Source: an uncultured OCS116 cluster bacterium (GTDB lineage Bacteria > Pseudomonadota > Alphaproteobacteria > Rhizobiales > TMED25). Taken from it: DNA of 64,000 nt. The position numbers and the translations under genes were made by a program. The stretch lies in NCBI GenBank assembly GCA_902633855.1, contig CACPHU010000007.1, positions 5,827 through 69,826 of the forward strand. The letters are read 5' to 3'. Positions 30,386-39,723 of the stretch are shown here, one piece after another; the first letter of the stretch is position 1, and each line of letters starts with the position of its first letter. Below the pieces are notes generated by a model, which did not search any database, had not been told where the DNA came from, and worked only from the letters and a program-made list of their open reading frames with translations.

Positions 30386-32137
30386 ATGAGCATTACATAC
30401 CCCAAAAAAGAAATCATTCTCGATAACAAAATAGAGGTTATTTGGGATCAAGAGATTTTAATGTCCGATGGTGTCATAATTCGGTGTGATATTTTCAAGC
30501 CAAATGATGATAAAAAATATCCAGTAATAATGACTTATGGACCCTATGGCAAATGGTTACATTTTGATCAAATATACTCTGAACAGTGGGAGCGGATGTG
30601 CGAAGATCATCCAGACGTTCCTGCTGGATCAACCAATGCATATCAGAATTGGGAAGTAGTTGATCCAGAAAAATGGGTATCAGATGGTTATGTTGTCATA
30701 AGAGTCGACTCAAGGGGAGCAGGGCGCTCTGAGGGCGTATTAGATTTATGGTCACGCAAAGAAGCTGAAGATTTCGCTGAGTGCATTGAATGGGCATCAA
30801 ATCTTGAGTGTTCAACTGGTAAGGTTGGCATAAATGGTATTTCCTACTACGGGATGAATCAATGGCAAGTGGCATCCTTACAACCAAAAAATCTAACTGC
30901 AATGTGTGTTTGGGAGGGTGCTGCGGATTACTATCGTGAATTAGGGTATCATGGCGGTATTTATTGCTCCTTTACTGAGGCGTGGTTCCAAAAGCAAGTA
31001 TTGACTGTGCAAAATGGTAAAGGTGAGAACGGTTTGATAGGGAATATTAAGGGCGATTGGGTGGCTGGACCAAAAACTTTAAGCGAAGAACAATTAAGAG
31101 AAAATCGTAGAGAATTTCCTGCTGAAATACTCGAAAATAAGCTTGCAACAGACGATTTTTGGACATCAAGAATGCCGGACTTTTCTAAAATTAATATTCC
31201 ATTATTATCATCTGCGAATTGGGGAGGGCAGGGTTTACACTCACGGGGTAATTTTGATGGATATGTTAGATCTGCATCAGAAGAAAAGTGGCTTGAGGTT
31301 CATGGGATAGAGCATTGGACAGAGTTTTATACCGATTATGGCGTAAAAATACAAAAGCAGTTTTTTGATTATTATCTCAAAGGTAAAGAAAATGGCTGGC
31401 AGGATCGACCAAAAGTCAATCTTCAAACGCGCTATCCAAATGAAGTATTTAAAGAAAATTATTATTCATCTTGGCCCTTAGAAGGAACTGATTGGAGGAA
31501 GGCTTATTTAAATGCATCAGATCTATCCCTAGATCAACACAATCCAACAGAAGCAGAAATTACATATAAAGGGTTCTCGGACGGTATAACATTTCTTGCG
31601 CCACCTGTAGACCAAGAAACAGAAATTACAGGTCCTATTGGTCTAAAAATATACATCTCTTCAGATACAGCAGACGCTGATATATTTGCAGTTTTCAGAG
31701 TTTTTGATGAAGAATTAAAAGAGGTAACCTTTCAGGGGGCAATAGATCCACATACCCCGGTATCACAAGGATGGTTGCGAGCTTCGCATCGCAAACTGGA
31801 TAAAAAATTATCAAAAGATTACCAGCCATATCATACACATGATGAGATAGAACCTTTAAGCCCTGGTGATATTTATGAATTAAATATTGAAATATGGCCA
31901 ACTTCTATAGTTTTGCCAAGAAATTACCGTTTAGCACTATCGATACGCGGCAAGGACTATGCATGGCCGGGTGGTGAAGTAAAAGGTTTAGGCAATCTAG
32001 ATGACGTTTTCACGGGGGTTGGTCCGTTCAAGCATCAGAATGAATTGGACAGGCCACGTGAGATATTTGATGGGGATATCACTATACATACAGGTGGTAA
32101 ATACGAGTCATATTTGCTACTGCCATACATTGGCTAG
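30386..32137 (+). CDS. CocE/NonD family (S15 X-Pro dipeptidyl-peptidase fold) hydrolase
   Basis: 583 aa with YPVIMTYGPYGK, VVIRVDSRGAGRSEG, nucleophile elbow GISYYG and a C-terminal jelly-roll domain. Confidence 0.8.
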   Translation: MSITYPKKEIILDNKIEVIWDQEILMSDGVIIRCDIFKPNDDKKYPVIMTYGPYGKWLHFDQIYSEQWERMCEDHPDVPAGSTNAYQNWEVVDPEKWVSDGYVVIRVDSRGAGRSEGVLDLWSRKEAEDFAECIEWASNLECSTGKVGINGISYYGMNQWQVASLQPKNLTAMCVWEGAADYYRELGYHGGIYCSFTEAWFQKQVLTVQNGKGENGLIGNIKGDWVAGPKTLSEEQLRENRREFPAEILENKLATDDFWTSRMPDFSKINIPLLSSANWGGQGLHSRGNFDGYVRSASEEKWLEVHGIEHWTEFYTDYGVKIQKQFFDYYLKGKENGWQDRPKVNLQTRYPNEVFKENYYSSWPLEGTDWRKAYLNASDLSLDQHNPTEAEITYKGFSDGITFLAPPVDQETEITGPIGLKIYISSDTADADIFAVFRVFDEELKEVTFQGAIDPHTPVSQGWLRASHRKLDKKLSKDYQPYHTHDEIEPLSPGDIYELNIEIWPTSIVLPRNYRLALSIRGKDYAWPGGEVKGLGNLDDVFTGVGPFKHQNELDRPREIFDGDITIHTGGKYESYLLLPYIG

Positions 32138-32141
32138 TTTC

Positions 32142-32594
32142 TTATTTTTTTGCCTGTTTACCTTCCTCTGTCTCAGGCTCCCATATTTTCTGATGCGAGT
32201 TATGGGTATCTGCATCCCATATATGCTCAGTACCTTCCCCAAGAAAAACAACAAAAGCTTCTGCTCCATCCGGGTATTCATATGGCCCATGAAGCTTATC
32301 CCATCCAAAAATATAATCTCCGGGCCTCAAGTCTTTTCCATCAACACACATTCTACCTTTCAGAACGAGAATGGAGTGCCAACTTTTGTGTGAGTGAGCT
32401 GGTTCAACATAACCCGGGGGAAATTTTACCTTCATGTCAATTCTACCCATCTTCTTATCATGAGCAAAAACTTTGGCTTTAACCCCCTTCGGTAAGGTTA
32501 AAAGTTCATTAGCAAGATCTTCTTCCCATTCGATATCAGAGTCATGGATAGCTAAAAATTCATGGTCGAAACCATCATTAAATTGATCAGACAT
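32142..32594 (-). CDS. cupin-domain protein
   Basis: 150 aa. Cupin motif 1 reads PPGYVEPAHSHKSWHSILVLKG (the HxH...H variant) and motif 2 reads PGDYIFGWDKLHG. Confidence 0.65.
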   Translation of the reverse strand: MSDQFNDGFDHEFLAIHDSDIEWEEDLANELLTLPKGVKAKVFAHDKKMGRIDMKVKFPPGYVEPAHSHKSWHSILVLKGRMCVDGKDLRPGDYIFGWDKLHGPYEYPDGAEAFVVFLGEGTEHIWDADTHNSHQKIWEPETEEGKQAKK

Positions 32595-32652
32595 ATAAAA
32601 CCTCTTTATCTATATTTAACAATTATTTACAATATTTTATTAAAGTAAAAAA

Positions 32653-33738
32653 TTACTTGCATTCATCCTCAGTCATATGCATGAGCCTCAAAGCATTGCC
32701 TCCACAAATTAAATCACGATTTGCTGAACTCAGACCAGGAACCTGATATACATGCTCAACGGGATCATATTCGCCCATATCAAACGGATAATCTGTTCCA
32801 ATTAGCACATGGTCGGCTCCAAATCTATTGATTAAATACTGGAGCTGCTCGATTGTAAAAACAAGTGAGTCTGGGTAGAACTTTTCAAGATAAAAGCTAG
32901 GTGGCATGGATATATTTTCTCTACAATCAGGTCTAGCCCCATAAGCGTGATCCATTCTACCGGCATATGCAGCTGCAAATGCACCACCATGAGATAAAAC
33001 AAATTTTAAATCTGGGTAGCGCTCCAATACACCACCAAAGATCAGGTAGTGCATGGCTACAGTTGTATCAAGTGGATTTCCAATAATATTTGTTAAATAG
33101 TGAGCAGAGAATCTATCACTTGCAAATGATGTTGGATGTATGAATATTGGAATATCATACTCTTGGCATTTGGCCCAGAATGGATCCAGTCTTCTTACAT
33201 CAAGCTCTTCACTTCCCATTTTTGCCGCGATTTCTATACCCTTAAAGCATGGCTTTGCAAGAATTCTGTCTAATTCTTTTATCGCATTATCTGCGTCTTG
33301 AAGAGGAACTGCACCAAGCCCAACTAATCTTTTTGGATGCTCTGCACATTTTTTTTCTATTTCATTATTAATAATTTCAGACACCTCCGCTCCGAGTGTT
33401 GGTTCGACTGGTGGGTATAGTTGAGGGGGCCAAGGTGAAATTGCCATGACATCAACAAGCATTCTATCCATCTCAGCAATTCTCTCGTCCAAACCGAAAA
33501 GAGCTTCTTTCCTATCTTCATTTTGCTTGGCGTTTATTTCACGTGTTTTTGGTGGAGCGTATTTAAAGCCAGCGTGGCCATCTGCTGGTAAATGTTTTGC
33601 AACAAGGTCCGCTGCCTCTTGGACTCCAATATGACCGTGAATATCAACAGTAATTTGACTCGATCTTTCATAGTCACCCAGATGTTCCCGTGCGGTTGTT
33701 GATTTGTATGGTTGTAGTGGCATTTTTAATGGTGGCAT
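32653..33738 (-). CDS. amidohydrolase_2 (ACMSD/LigW/LigI-like) family protein
   Basis: About 361 aa. VDIHGHI (HxH), ..IFIHP.., LSHGG and GTDYPFD are typical of metal-dependent decarboxylases/hydrolases of this family. ATG 33738 has GGGAGA upstream. The TTG at 33765 is probably an over-extension. Confidence 0.75.
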   Translation of the reverse strand: MPPLKMPLQPYKSTTAREHLGDYERSSQITVDIHGHIGVQEAADLVAKHLPADGHAGFKYAPPKTREINAKQNEDRKEALFGLDERIAEMDRMLVDVMAISPWPPQLYPPVEPTLGAEVSEIINNEIEKKCAEHPKRLVGLGAVPLQDADNAIKELDRILAKPCFKGIEIAAKMGSEELDVRRLDPFWAKCQEYDIPIFIHPTSFASDRFSAHYLTNIIGNPLDTTVAMHYLIFGGVLERYPDLKFVLSHGGAFAAAYAGRMDHAYGARPDCRENISMPPSFYLEKFYPDSLVFTIEQLQYLINRFGADHVLIGTDYPFDMGEYDPVEHVYQVPGLSSANRDLICGGNALRLMHMTEDECK

Positions 33739-33879
33739 TTTTTTTCTCCCTAATCCCTTTTTCAAATAATTTAATTTATTTATTTTTTTTGCAAATAAAT
33801 AGCAGTATAAATGTATATTAAATTAGTATAACAATTTTATGCAAAATAAAAATTATTTTTGATATTAGAGGAAAAAATC

Positions 33880-34854
33880 ATGATTAGAGCAGCTTCAGTT
33901 GGTTTGGGCTGGTGGGGCAAGACACTGGCTAATTCAATACAAGATAGTAATAAAATTAATGTTGTAATGGCGACAACAAGAACTCTCAATAATATTGAAG
34001 AGTATTGTAAAGAAATTAATGCAGAGGTTGCATCAAGTTATGATGACATTGTTAAATCAGATAAAGTAGATGCTGTTATTTTGGCGACACCACATTCAAA
34101 GCACCTTGAGCAAATAGTTGCGGCAGTTAACAATGATAAGCATGTTTTCGTTGAGAAGCCTATTACACTTACAGCAGAAGATGCTAAAATCGCATATGAT
34201 GAGGCCAAAAAAAATAATAAGATATTAGCTGTTGGCTTCAATCGCAGGTTTCATCCAAATTTTATGAAAATTGTTGATATGATCCAGTCAAATGAGCTTG
34301 GTAAAGTGCTACATATCGAGGGAACAATTAATGCACCTGGCCTTTGGATGTACAAACCTGAGAGCTGGAGATCAAATGCAGCGGAGACCCCAGCAGGTGG
34401 GATGACTGGTATGGGTATACATATAATAGATCAAATGATTGCGTCGAATGGACATATATCAAGCGCTTACGCTCAAACGGCTAAAGTTGTCAAAAAGGGC
34501 GCACTCGATGAAATCACCTCAGTTCTCTTTAAATTCGCCAATGGCTCTACTGGCTATCTTGGAACGTCAATCGCCTCTTCGGTATTTTATAATTTTAGAG
34601 TTATTGCTGAAAATGGTACGGTCGAGATTATTGAACGTGACTTATCTGTTATTAAATATACACCACGTGAGGGAGAAATTACTACTACAACGAATAGCGA
34701 TGTTGATATGTGCAAGAATGAACTCGAAGCATTTGCTGATGCAATAAATCAAGTTGCGCCATACCCAGTAACGTCAGAGCAAGGGATACATGGGGCTGCC
34801 GTCTTTGAGGCTGTTATAAACTCGGCTGAAAAAGAAGCCTTAATTAGTATCTGA
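33880..34854 (+). CDS. Gfo/Idh/MocA family oxidoreductase
   Basis: MIRAASVGLGWWGK Rossmann start, VFVEKPI motif and a GAGGA RBS before ATG 33880. Confidence 0.78.
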   Translation: MIRAASVGLGWWGKTLANSIQDSNKINVVMATTRTLNNIEEYCKEINAEVASSYDDIVKSDKVDAVILATPHSKHLEQIVAAVNNDKHVFVEKPITLTAEDAKIAYDEAKKNNKILAVGFNRRFHPNFMKIVDMIQSNELGKVLHIEGTINAPGLWMYKPESWRSNAAETPAGGMTGMGIHIIDQMIASNGHISSAYAQTAKVVKKGALDEITSVLFKFANGSTGYLGTSIASSVFYNFRVIAENGTVEIIERDLSVIKYTPREGEITTTTNSDVDMCKNELEAFADAINQVAPYPVTSEQGIHGAAVFEAVINSAEKEALISI

Positions 34855-36188
34855 TGATCGATAAAAATTCTGTTTCCGTGATATTGTGTGCTGGAAAAGG
34901 AAGCCGGATGAATTCCTCGCGCCCAAAGGTATTAAACACGATATGCGGTAAATCAATGTTGGGTTACATACTTGATGCTCAAATTGAGTCTGGAATTGGC
35001 AGAATAATTATCGTTTGTAATAGTGAAAATATCGACTTAATAAGGTCGAATACAAATAAAGATATTGAAATTGATTATGTTGTGCAAAGCAATCAGCTCG
35101 GAACTGCTGATGCTCTAAAAGTTGCTGTGAAGAACACCATCTTCAAAGATATTTCAAATCTCTTCGTTTTTCTTGGAGATACACCACTGGTAACAAACTC
35201 CGATATCACTTACTTGTCAGGCTCTCTAAAATCAAATGATATTCTAATAGCATCATTTAAAACAGAAAATCCAACAGGATATGGAAGAATTATCAGAGAT
35301 AACGAAGGGCGCGTATGTAATATCATAGAGGAGGGGGATGCAACAACTGAAGAAAAATTAATAAACACCTGCTTTTCTGGTACAATTATATTCAATAATA
35401 TCAGTACTTTATCACTTTTAGATAGTATAAAAAATGATAACTCAAAAAAGGAATTTTATCTCACCGATGTTATAAAAATAGCATATAACGATAATTTCAA
35501 TGTCAGAGACGTATTATTAGATTATGATAGCTTTAAGGGTGTGAATGACTATATTCAACTATCACAGGCAGAAAAAATCATGAGTGAGAGGATTATGCAA
35601 AAATTTATGAAGAAAGGTGTTCATATTTCATTAGCAGATACGTCATTTATCCATCCAAATACACAATTTGGTGAAAATGTAACAGTTGAACCAAATGTAT
35701 ACATTGGTAAGGGTGTAATTATTGGCGATAATGTTATCATTAAATCGTTTTCTTATTTAGAGGGTGCAAATATCAAAAAAGGTGCGACAATAGGCCCATT
35801 CGCGAGAATTAGGCCAGAATCAAATATCGGTGAAAATTCAAAAGTGGGTAATTTTGTAGAATTAAAAAATGCAAATGTTGCTGATAATGTGAAAATAAGT
35901 CACCTATCATATATTGGTGATGCAAGCATAGGATCTGGAGCTAATATTGGAGCTGGAACAATTACCTGTAATTTCGATGGGGTTGAGAAACATAAAACCA
36001 TCATTGGTAAAAATGCCTTTATTGGATCAAACTCCTCATTAATTGCACCAATTGAAATCTCGGATAATTCATATATTGGGTCGGGAAGCGTGATCACAGA
36101 AGATGTGCCAACGAATTCTCTTGCATTGTCAAGAAGTGAGCAAGTTACAAAAAATAACTGGGTAAAGAAAAGTAGCACAAAGAAATAG
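34854..36188 (+). CDS. glmU: bifunctional UDP-GlcNAc pyrophosphorylase / GlcN-1-P N-acetyltransferase
   Basis: 444 aa with LCAGKGSRM, then left-handed beta-helix hexapeptide repeats at the C-terminus. ATGA-type overlap with the upstream stop. Confidence 0.9.
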   Translation: MIDKNSVSVILCAGKGSRMNSSRPKVLNTICGKSMLGYILDAQIESGIGRIIIVCNSENIDLIRSNTNKDIEIDYVVQSNQLGTADALKVAVKNTIFKDISNLFVFLGDTPLVTNSDITYLSGSLKSNDILIASFKTENPTGYGRIIRDNEGRVCNIIEEGDATTEEKLINTCFSGTIIFNNISTLSLLDSIKNDNSKKEFYLTDVIKIAYNDNFNVRDVLLDYDSFKGVNDYIQLSQAEKIMSERIMQKFMKKGVHISLADTSFIHPNTQFGENVTVEPNVYIGKGVIIGDNVIIKSFSYLEGANIKKGATIGPFARIRPESNIGENSKVGNFVELKNANVADNVKISHLSYIGDASIGSGANIGAGTITCNFDGVEKHKTIIGKNAFIGSNSSLIAPIEISDNSYIGSGSVITEDVPTNSLALSRSEQVTKNNWVKKSSTKK

Positions 36189-36192
36189 TATA

Positions 36193-38010
36193 ATGTGTGG
36201 GATTGTAGGAATTAGTGCAAAAAAAAATGTAAGCAGTGACATTGTTCAATGCTTAAATCATTTAAGCTATCGGGGATATGACTCAGCAGGGCTATCAATT
36301 ACCAAAGATAATGAAATTTTTGAACGAAAAATACAGGGCAAAGTTACAAATTTAGAAAATTTCTTAAATAATGATCCTATTTCTGGAAATTGCGGTATTG
36401 GTCACACGAGATGGGCAACCCACGGTGAACCCAACACAATAAATGCTCACCCCCACACAATTTCAAATGTATCCGTAGTTCATAATGGTATAATTGAGAA
36501 TTATCATGATCTGAAGGCTATCCTGGAAAAGAGCGGTGTTAATTTCATAAGTGACACGGATACTGAAATTATATCTCAACTCATAAATATAGAGTTGATA
36601 AACGGTAAAAAGCCGCTTGAGGCGTTCAAAAATACAATAACGAAACTTGAGGGAGCATACGCAATTGTCGCAATTTTTCGTGGATACGATGATCTAATGA
36701 TTGGCACTAAGTTGGGCAGTCCATTGTTGTATATGAAGGCGAAGAATATGATCATATTATCATCAGATGCTTATTCAATTTCAGACTATGGCTCAAGCGT
36801 CACTTATCTTGAAGATGGAGATATAATTGTTACAGAAAAATCAAAAATATCTCTTCATGACTACAGCTTAAACACAATTCAAAGACCTTCTAAAAAGATC
36901 AAAAAAAGAGATAAAGATGGTTTAAATGGCCACGACCATTTCATGATCAAAGAAATAAAAGAGCAGCCTGATGTTTTGTCTCATGCCTTATCCTATTATT
37001 TAAATTTCTCAAAATATAAAATTAACTTGGATAAATACAATTTTGATTTCACAAAAATAAATAGAATAATTATCTCTGCATGTGGAACTGCATATTTTGC
37101 AGGAATGGTAGCAAAATCATGGTTTGAAGATATAGCCAATATAAAAGTAGACCTTGATATTGCATCTGAGTTTCGATACAAAAAAATGTTTTTCGACAAT
37201 AAGACTTTATCCTTATTTATTTCTCAGTCAGGGGAAACTGCTGACACACTTGCAGCTCTTAGGCATGCAAAAGAGAACGATCAAAAAATAGTCTCTGTTG
37301 TCAATACAGTAGAGTCATCCATCGCAAAAGAGTCTGACCTTGTGCTACCAATATTTGCTGGCCAAGAGATTGGTGTGGCCTCGACAAAAGCATTCACTTG
37401 CCAGCTGGCAACCCTGGCAAGCTTGGTATTATTCTTGGCAAAGAAAAAAAGGCACATTAATGCTTCGCAAGAGAAAGCTCTCATAGAAGAACTAGTCCAT
37501 ATACCAAGTCAAGTTTTGGATGTGCTGAAGTATGAAAATGATATTAAAAAAATCGCAAAAGATATCCACAAATCATCAAGTGCGATTTTTATGGGACGCG
37601 GCGCAACATTACCACTTGCTCTCGAGGGTGCATTAAAGTTAAAAGAAATTTCATACATACATGCTGAAGGTATTGCATCAGGTGAACTCAAACATGGCGC
37701 AATAGCGTTGGTTGATAAGAAGCTGCCGGTGATTGTTTTGGCTCCTGATGATATATTCTACGTAAAAAACCTATCTAACATGAATGAGGTATATTCACGA
37801 GGAGGAAAAATTATCCTTGTGGGCAAGGTTCAAAACAATCAATTAAAAGATTTGAAATTGACCGGAATTAATATTGAGGTAAATGGTAAATTGAATATAC
37901 CTATCATTATGTCTATACCGCTCCAGCTTTTGGCCTATCACGTGGCAAAATTAAGGGGAACGGATATTGATCAACCGAGGAACCTGGCAAAAGCTGTAAC
38001 TGTAGAATAA
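36193..38010 (+). CDS. glmS: glutamine--fructose-6-phosphate aminotransferase
   Basis: 605 aa with MCGIVG N-terminal nucleophile, two SIS domains and C-terminal ..DQPRNLAKAVTVE. Confidence 0.95.
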   Translation: MCGIVGISAKKNVSSDIVQCLNHLSYRGYDSAGLSITKDNEIFERKIQGKVTNLENFLNNDPISGNCGIGHTRWATHGEPNTINAHPHTISNVSVVHNGIIENYHDLKAILEKSGVNFISDTDTEIISQLINIELINGKKPLEAFKNTITKLEGAYAIVAIFRGYDDLMIGTKLGSPLLYMKAKNMIILSSDAYSISDYGSSVTYLEDGDIIVTEKSKISLHDYSLNTIQRPSKKIKKRDKDGLNGHDHFMIKEIKEQPDVLSHALSYYLNFSKYKINLDKYNFDFTKINRIIISACGTAYFAGMVAKSWFEDIANIKVDLDIASEFRYKKMFFDNKTLSLFISQSGETADTLAALRHAKENDQKIVSVVNTVESSIAKESDLVLPIFAGQEIGVASTKAFTCQLATLASLVLFLAKKKRHINASQEKALIEELVHIPSQVLDVLKYENDIKKIAKDIHKSSSAIFMGRGATLPLALEGALKLKEISYIHAEGIASGELKHGAIALVDKKLPVIVLAPDDIFYVKNLSNMNEVYSRGGKIILVGKVQNNQLKDLKLTGINIEVNGKLNIPIIMSIPLQLLAYHVAKLRGTDIDQPRNLAKAVTVE

Positions 38011-38175
38011 ATAATCGATTTTATTGGTTTTTTTGACCTTACAGAGTGATAAGGTAAATGTTTCTGTAAGTATGCGTTTCTGATGATAGCAAATAGATTT
38101 TCCTAATGATTTTTCGGGTTGAAACAGTTCAAAAAAAAACTATAAAATTATTAAAGTAATTTTAAGGAGAGATTA

Positions 38176-38538
38176 ATGTCTAAAGTACTCGTTCATATAC
38201 ATAGCGATTTGGAGTCCAAAAATAAAGTAACATTAGGTTTAATGGTTGCTCTTGCCGCAGAAAAAAGTGGGCACGAAGTAACTCTTTTTCTCGCAGCAGA
38301 CGGTGTTCATATTCTAAATTGCAAAAGTGCTGGTGAAGTAGTAGGTCAGGGTACGGGAGATTTATATGAACATCTGGAAAATCTAAAGAATACAAATGTA
38401 AATATATTTGTATCAGGAATGTCTGCTAAGGCAAGGGGTTACGATGAGACACTTCTTGATGGGTATAAAGCAGAGTTTGCAATGCCTGATAAACTTGTTG
38501 AAGTGTCAATTAAATCGGATAGCGTGCTCTGCTATTGA
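38176..38538 (+). CDS. DsrE/DsrF-like family protein (no conserved active-site Cys visible)
   Basis: 120 aa. VLVHIHS...LGLMVALAAEKSGHEVTLFLAADGV fits the DsrE fold. Where DsrE/TusD proteins, as I recall them, carry a Cys (VC..S..RG) this protein reads VSGMSAKARG. AAGGAGAG RBS. Confidence 0.6.
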   Translation: MSKVLVHIHSDLESKNKVTLGLMVALAAEKSGHEVTLFLAADGVHILNCKSAGEVVGQGTGDLYEHLENLKNTNVNIFVSGMSAKARGYDETLLDGYKAEFAMPDKLVEVSIKSDSVLCY

Positions 38539-38588
38539 GATTATTAACAAAGTCTTATCAACCACCTCCATGCTAAATTCTGACCACA

Positions 38589-39128
38589 ATGCAAAGAATA
38601 AAGGACATACAGACTCCAAAGACATTAGACCAATTTAGGGCAAATCTTAAGAAATTTTGTTTGGGTAGCAAGAATAATATATTCATATTCAACAAAGCGG
38701 ATGGCAAAGATTACAAAGTTGATGTTGAGAAAATATCAAAAATTTCCGATGTAATAAATTTAATAGAGACTCAAAGTAAGCAAAGTATTTTTCTGGACGA
38801 TGTTAACATTATCTTGATGTGTGACTCATCTCATATTGAGGCTAGTAAGCTAATGATGAAAGAAGAGGATGCAATTATGTCATTAAAAGAGGTGTATCTT
38901 TTCAATAATCTGGATAGAGATGAAAGGAATAACTTCCTATATTCTACACCAGATGCAATAGCAATAATTCAATCTGGAGAGAAAATTGACAACGAAAAGG
39001 ATTGTAGGCCAGCGCAAACCTCAATTATGACCCCACATTTAAATGGATTATTTATTCATCTTTTTGGCGAATATTTTGATACAGTAAATGAATCTGAAAA
39101 AGGCTATCATTTATCAAAATATAACTAA
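38589..39128 (+). CDS. hypothetical protein
   Basis: 179-aa ORF with no recognisable family, signal peptide or TM. Confidence 0.45.
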   Translation: MQRIKDIQTPKTLDQFRANLKKFCLGSKNNIFIFNKADGKDYKVDVEKISKISDVINLIETQSKQSIFLDDVNIILMCDSSHIEASKLMMKEEDAIMSLKEVYLFNNLDRDERNNFLYSTPDAIAIIQSGEKIDNEKDCRPAQTSIMTPHLNGLFIHLFGEYFDTVNESEKGYHLSKYN

Positions 39129-39314
39129 ATGAAGTAATCTTTTTATAAAGTAGCCCAATGCTTGAATGAGTCTTTCCGCAATGTATAATAGAGTAAAAGT
39201 GAGGATTTTATCAGTAATTTAGAAAGAAAATCTGTACTCAAAGTCATTAATTTACTTAGCGAAGCGGGGCACAGTGAACAAGTAGTTGAGCTCACTGATA
39301 CTGCTAGGTCCGCA

Positions 39315-39719
39315 TTGGACGCTTCAAAAGCACTCGGCGTCCCAGTTGGGGCTATTGTAAAGACATTAATATTTATCATTCAAAATGACGATGAGGTAAC
39401 CCCAATCGTTTGTCTCATCTCTGGTGATATGCTTTGTGATACGAGTCAGATTTCTCAAGTACTTAACATTGATGGCAAAGTAAAGCGTCCTGATGCAGAT
39501 ACGGTAAAGGATATTACTGGCTATTCTATTGGTGGCGTATCCCCAATTGGCTTACCGGAAAATATTGGGATAATTATGGACTCTGCTCTCGCACGTTTTG
39601 ATAAGATCTGGTCGGCAGCCGGGCACACTCATTGTGTTTTTCCAGCGACCTTTAATCAGATTCACGAGATGACAAATGCGATAGTATCAGACGATATATC
39701 TATTGAGCCAAAAGAATAA
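39315..39719 (+). CDS. YbaK/ProX-type aminoacyl-tRNA deacylase domain protein (conserved N-terminus extends upstream to about 39192 without a canonical start)
   Basis: ALGVPVGAIVKTLIF...GYSIGGVSPIGL...CVFP motifs. In-frame upstream codons (..ERKSVLKVINLLSEAGHSEQVVELTDTARSA) still look like the YbaK N-terminus. Confidence 0.7.
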   Translation: MDASKALGVPVGAIVKTLIFIIQNDDEVTPIVCLISGDMLCDTSQISQVLNIDGKVKRPDADTVKDITGYSIGGVSPIGLPENIGIIMDSALARFDKIWSAAGHTHCVFPATFNQIHEMTNAIVSDDISIEPKE

Positions 39720-39723
39720 TAGA

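Noticed and set aside
32001-32482. Plus-strand ORFs 32001..32393 and 32150..32482, and minus-strand ORF 32117..32308, around the cupin gene.
   Set aside because: They overlap the CocE/NonD 3' end and the cupin gene, both of which have clear family motifs. The translations have no recognisable features.
36189-36192. glmS ribozyme or other leader upstream of glmS.
   Set aside because: glmS starts 4 nt after the glmU stop, so there is no leader RNA.
38036-38070. Two mutually exclusive short hairpins downstream of glmS: ACCTTA/TAAGGT (38036..38055) and CTTACAG/CTGTAAG (38038..38070).
   Set aside because: The stems are only 6-7 bp with no following U-tract. This is within chance expectation for a 165-nt spacer, so it is not enough to call a terminator or riboswitch.
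39143-39379. 78-aa minus-strand ORF opposite the ybaK-like 5' region.
   Set aside because: The plus strand here encodes a conserved YbaK N-terminal sequence. The minus ORF is best explained as a shadow.
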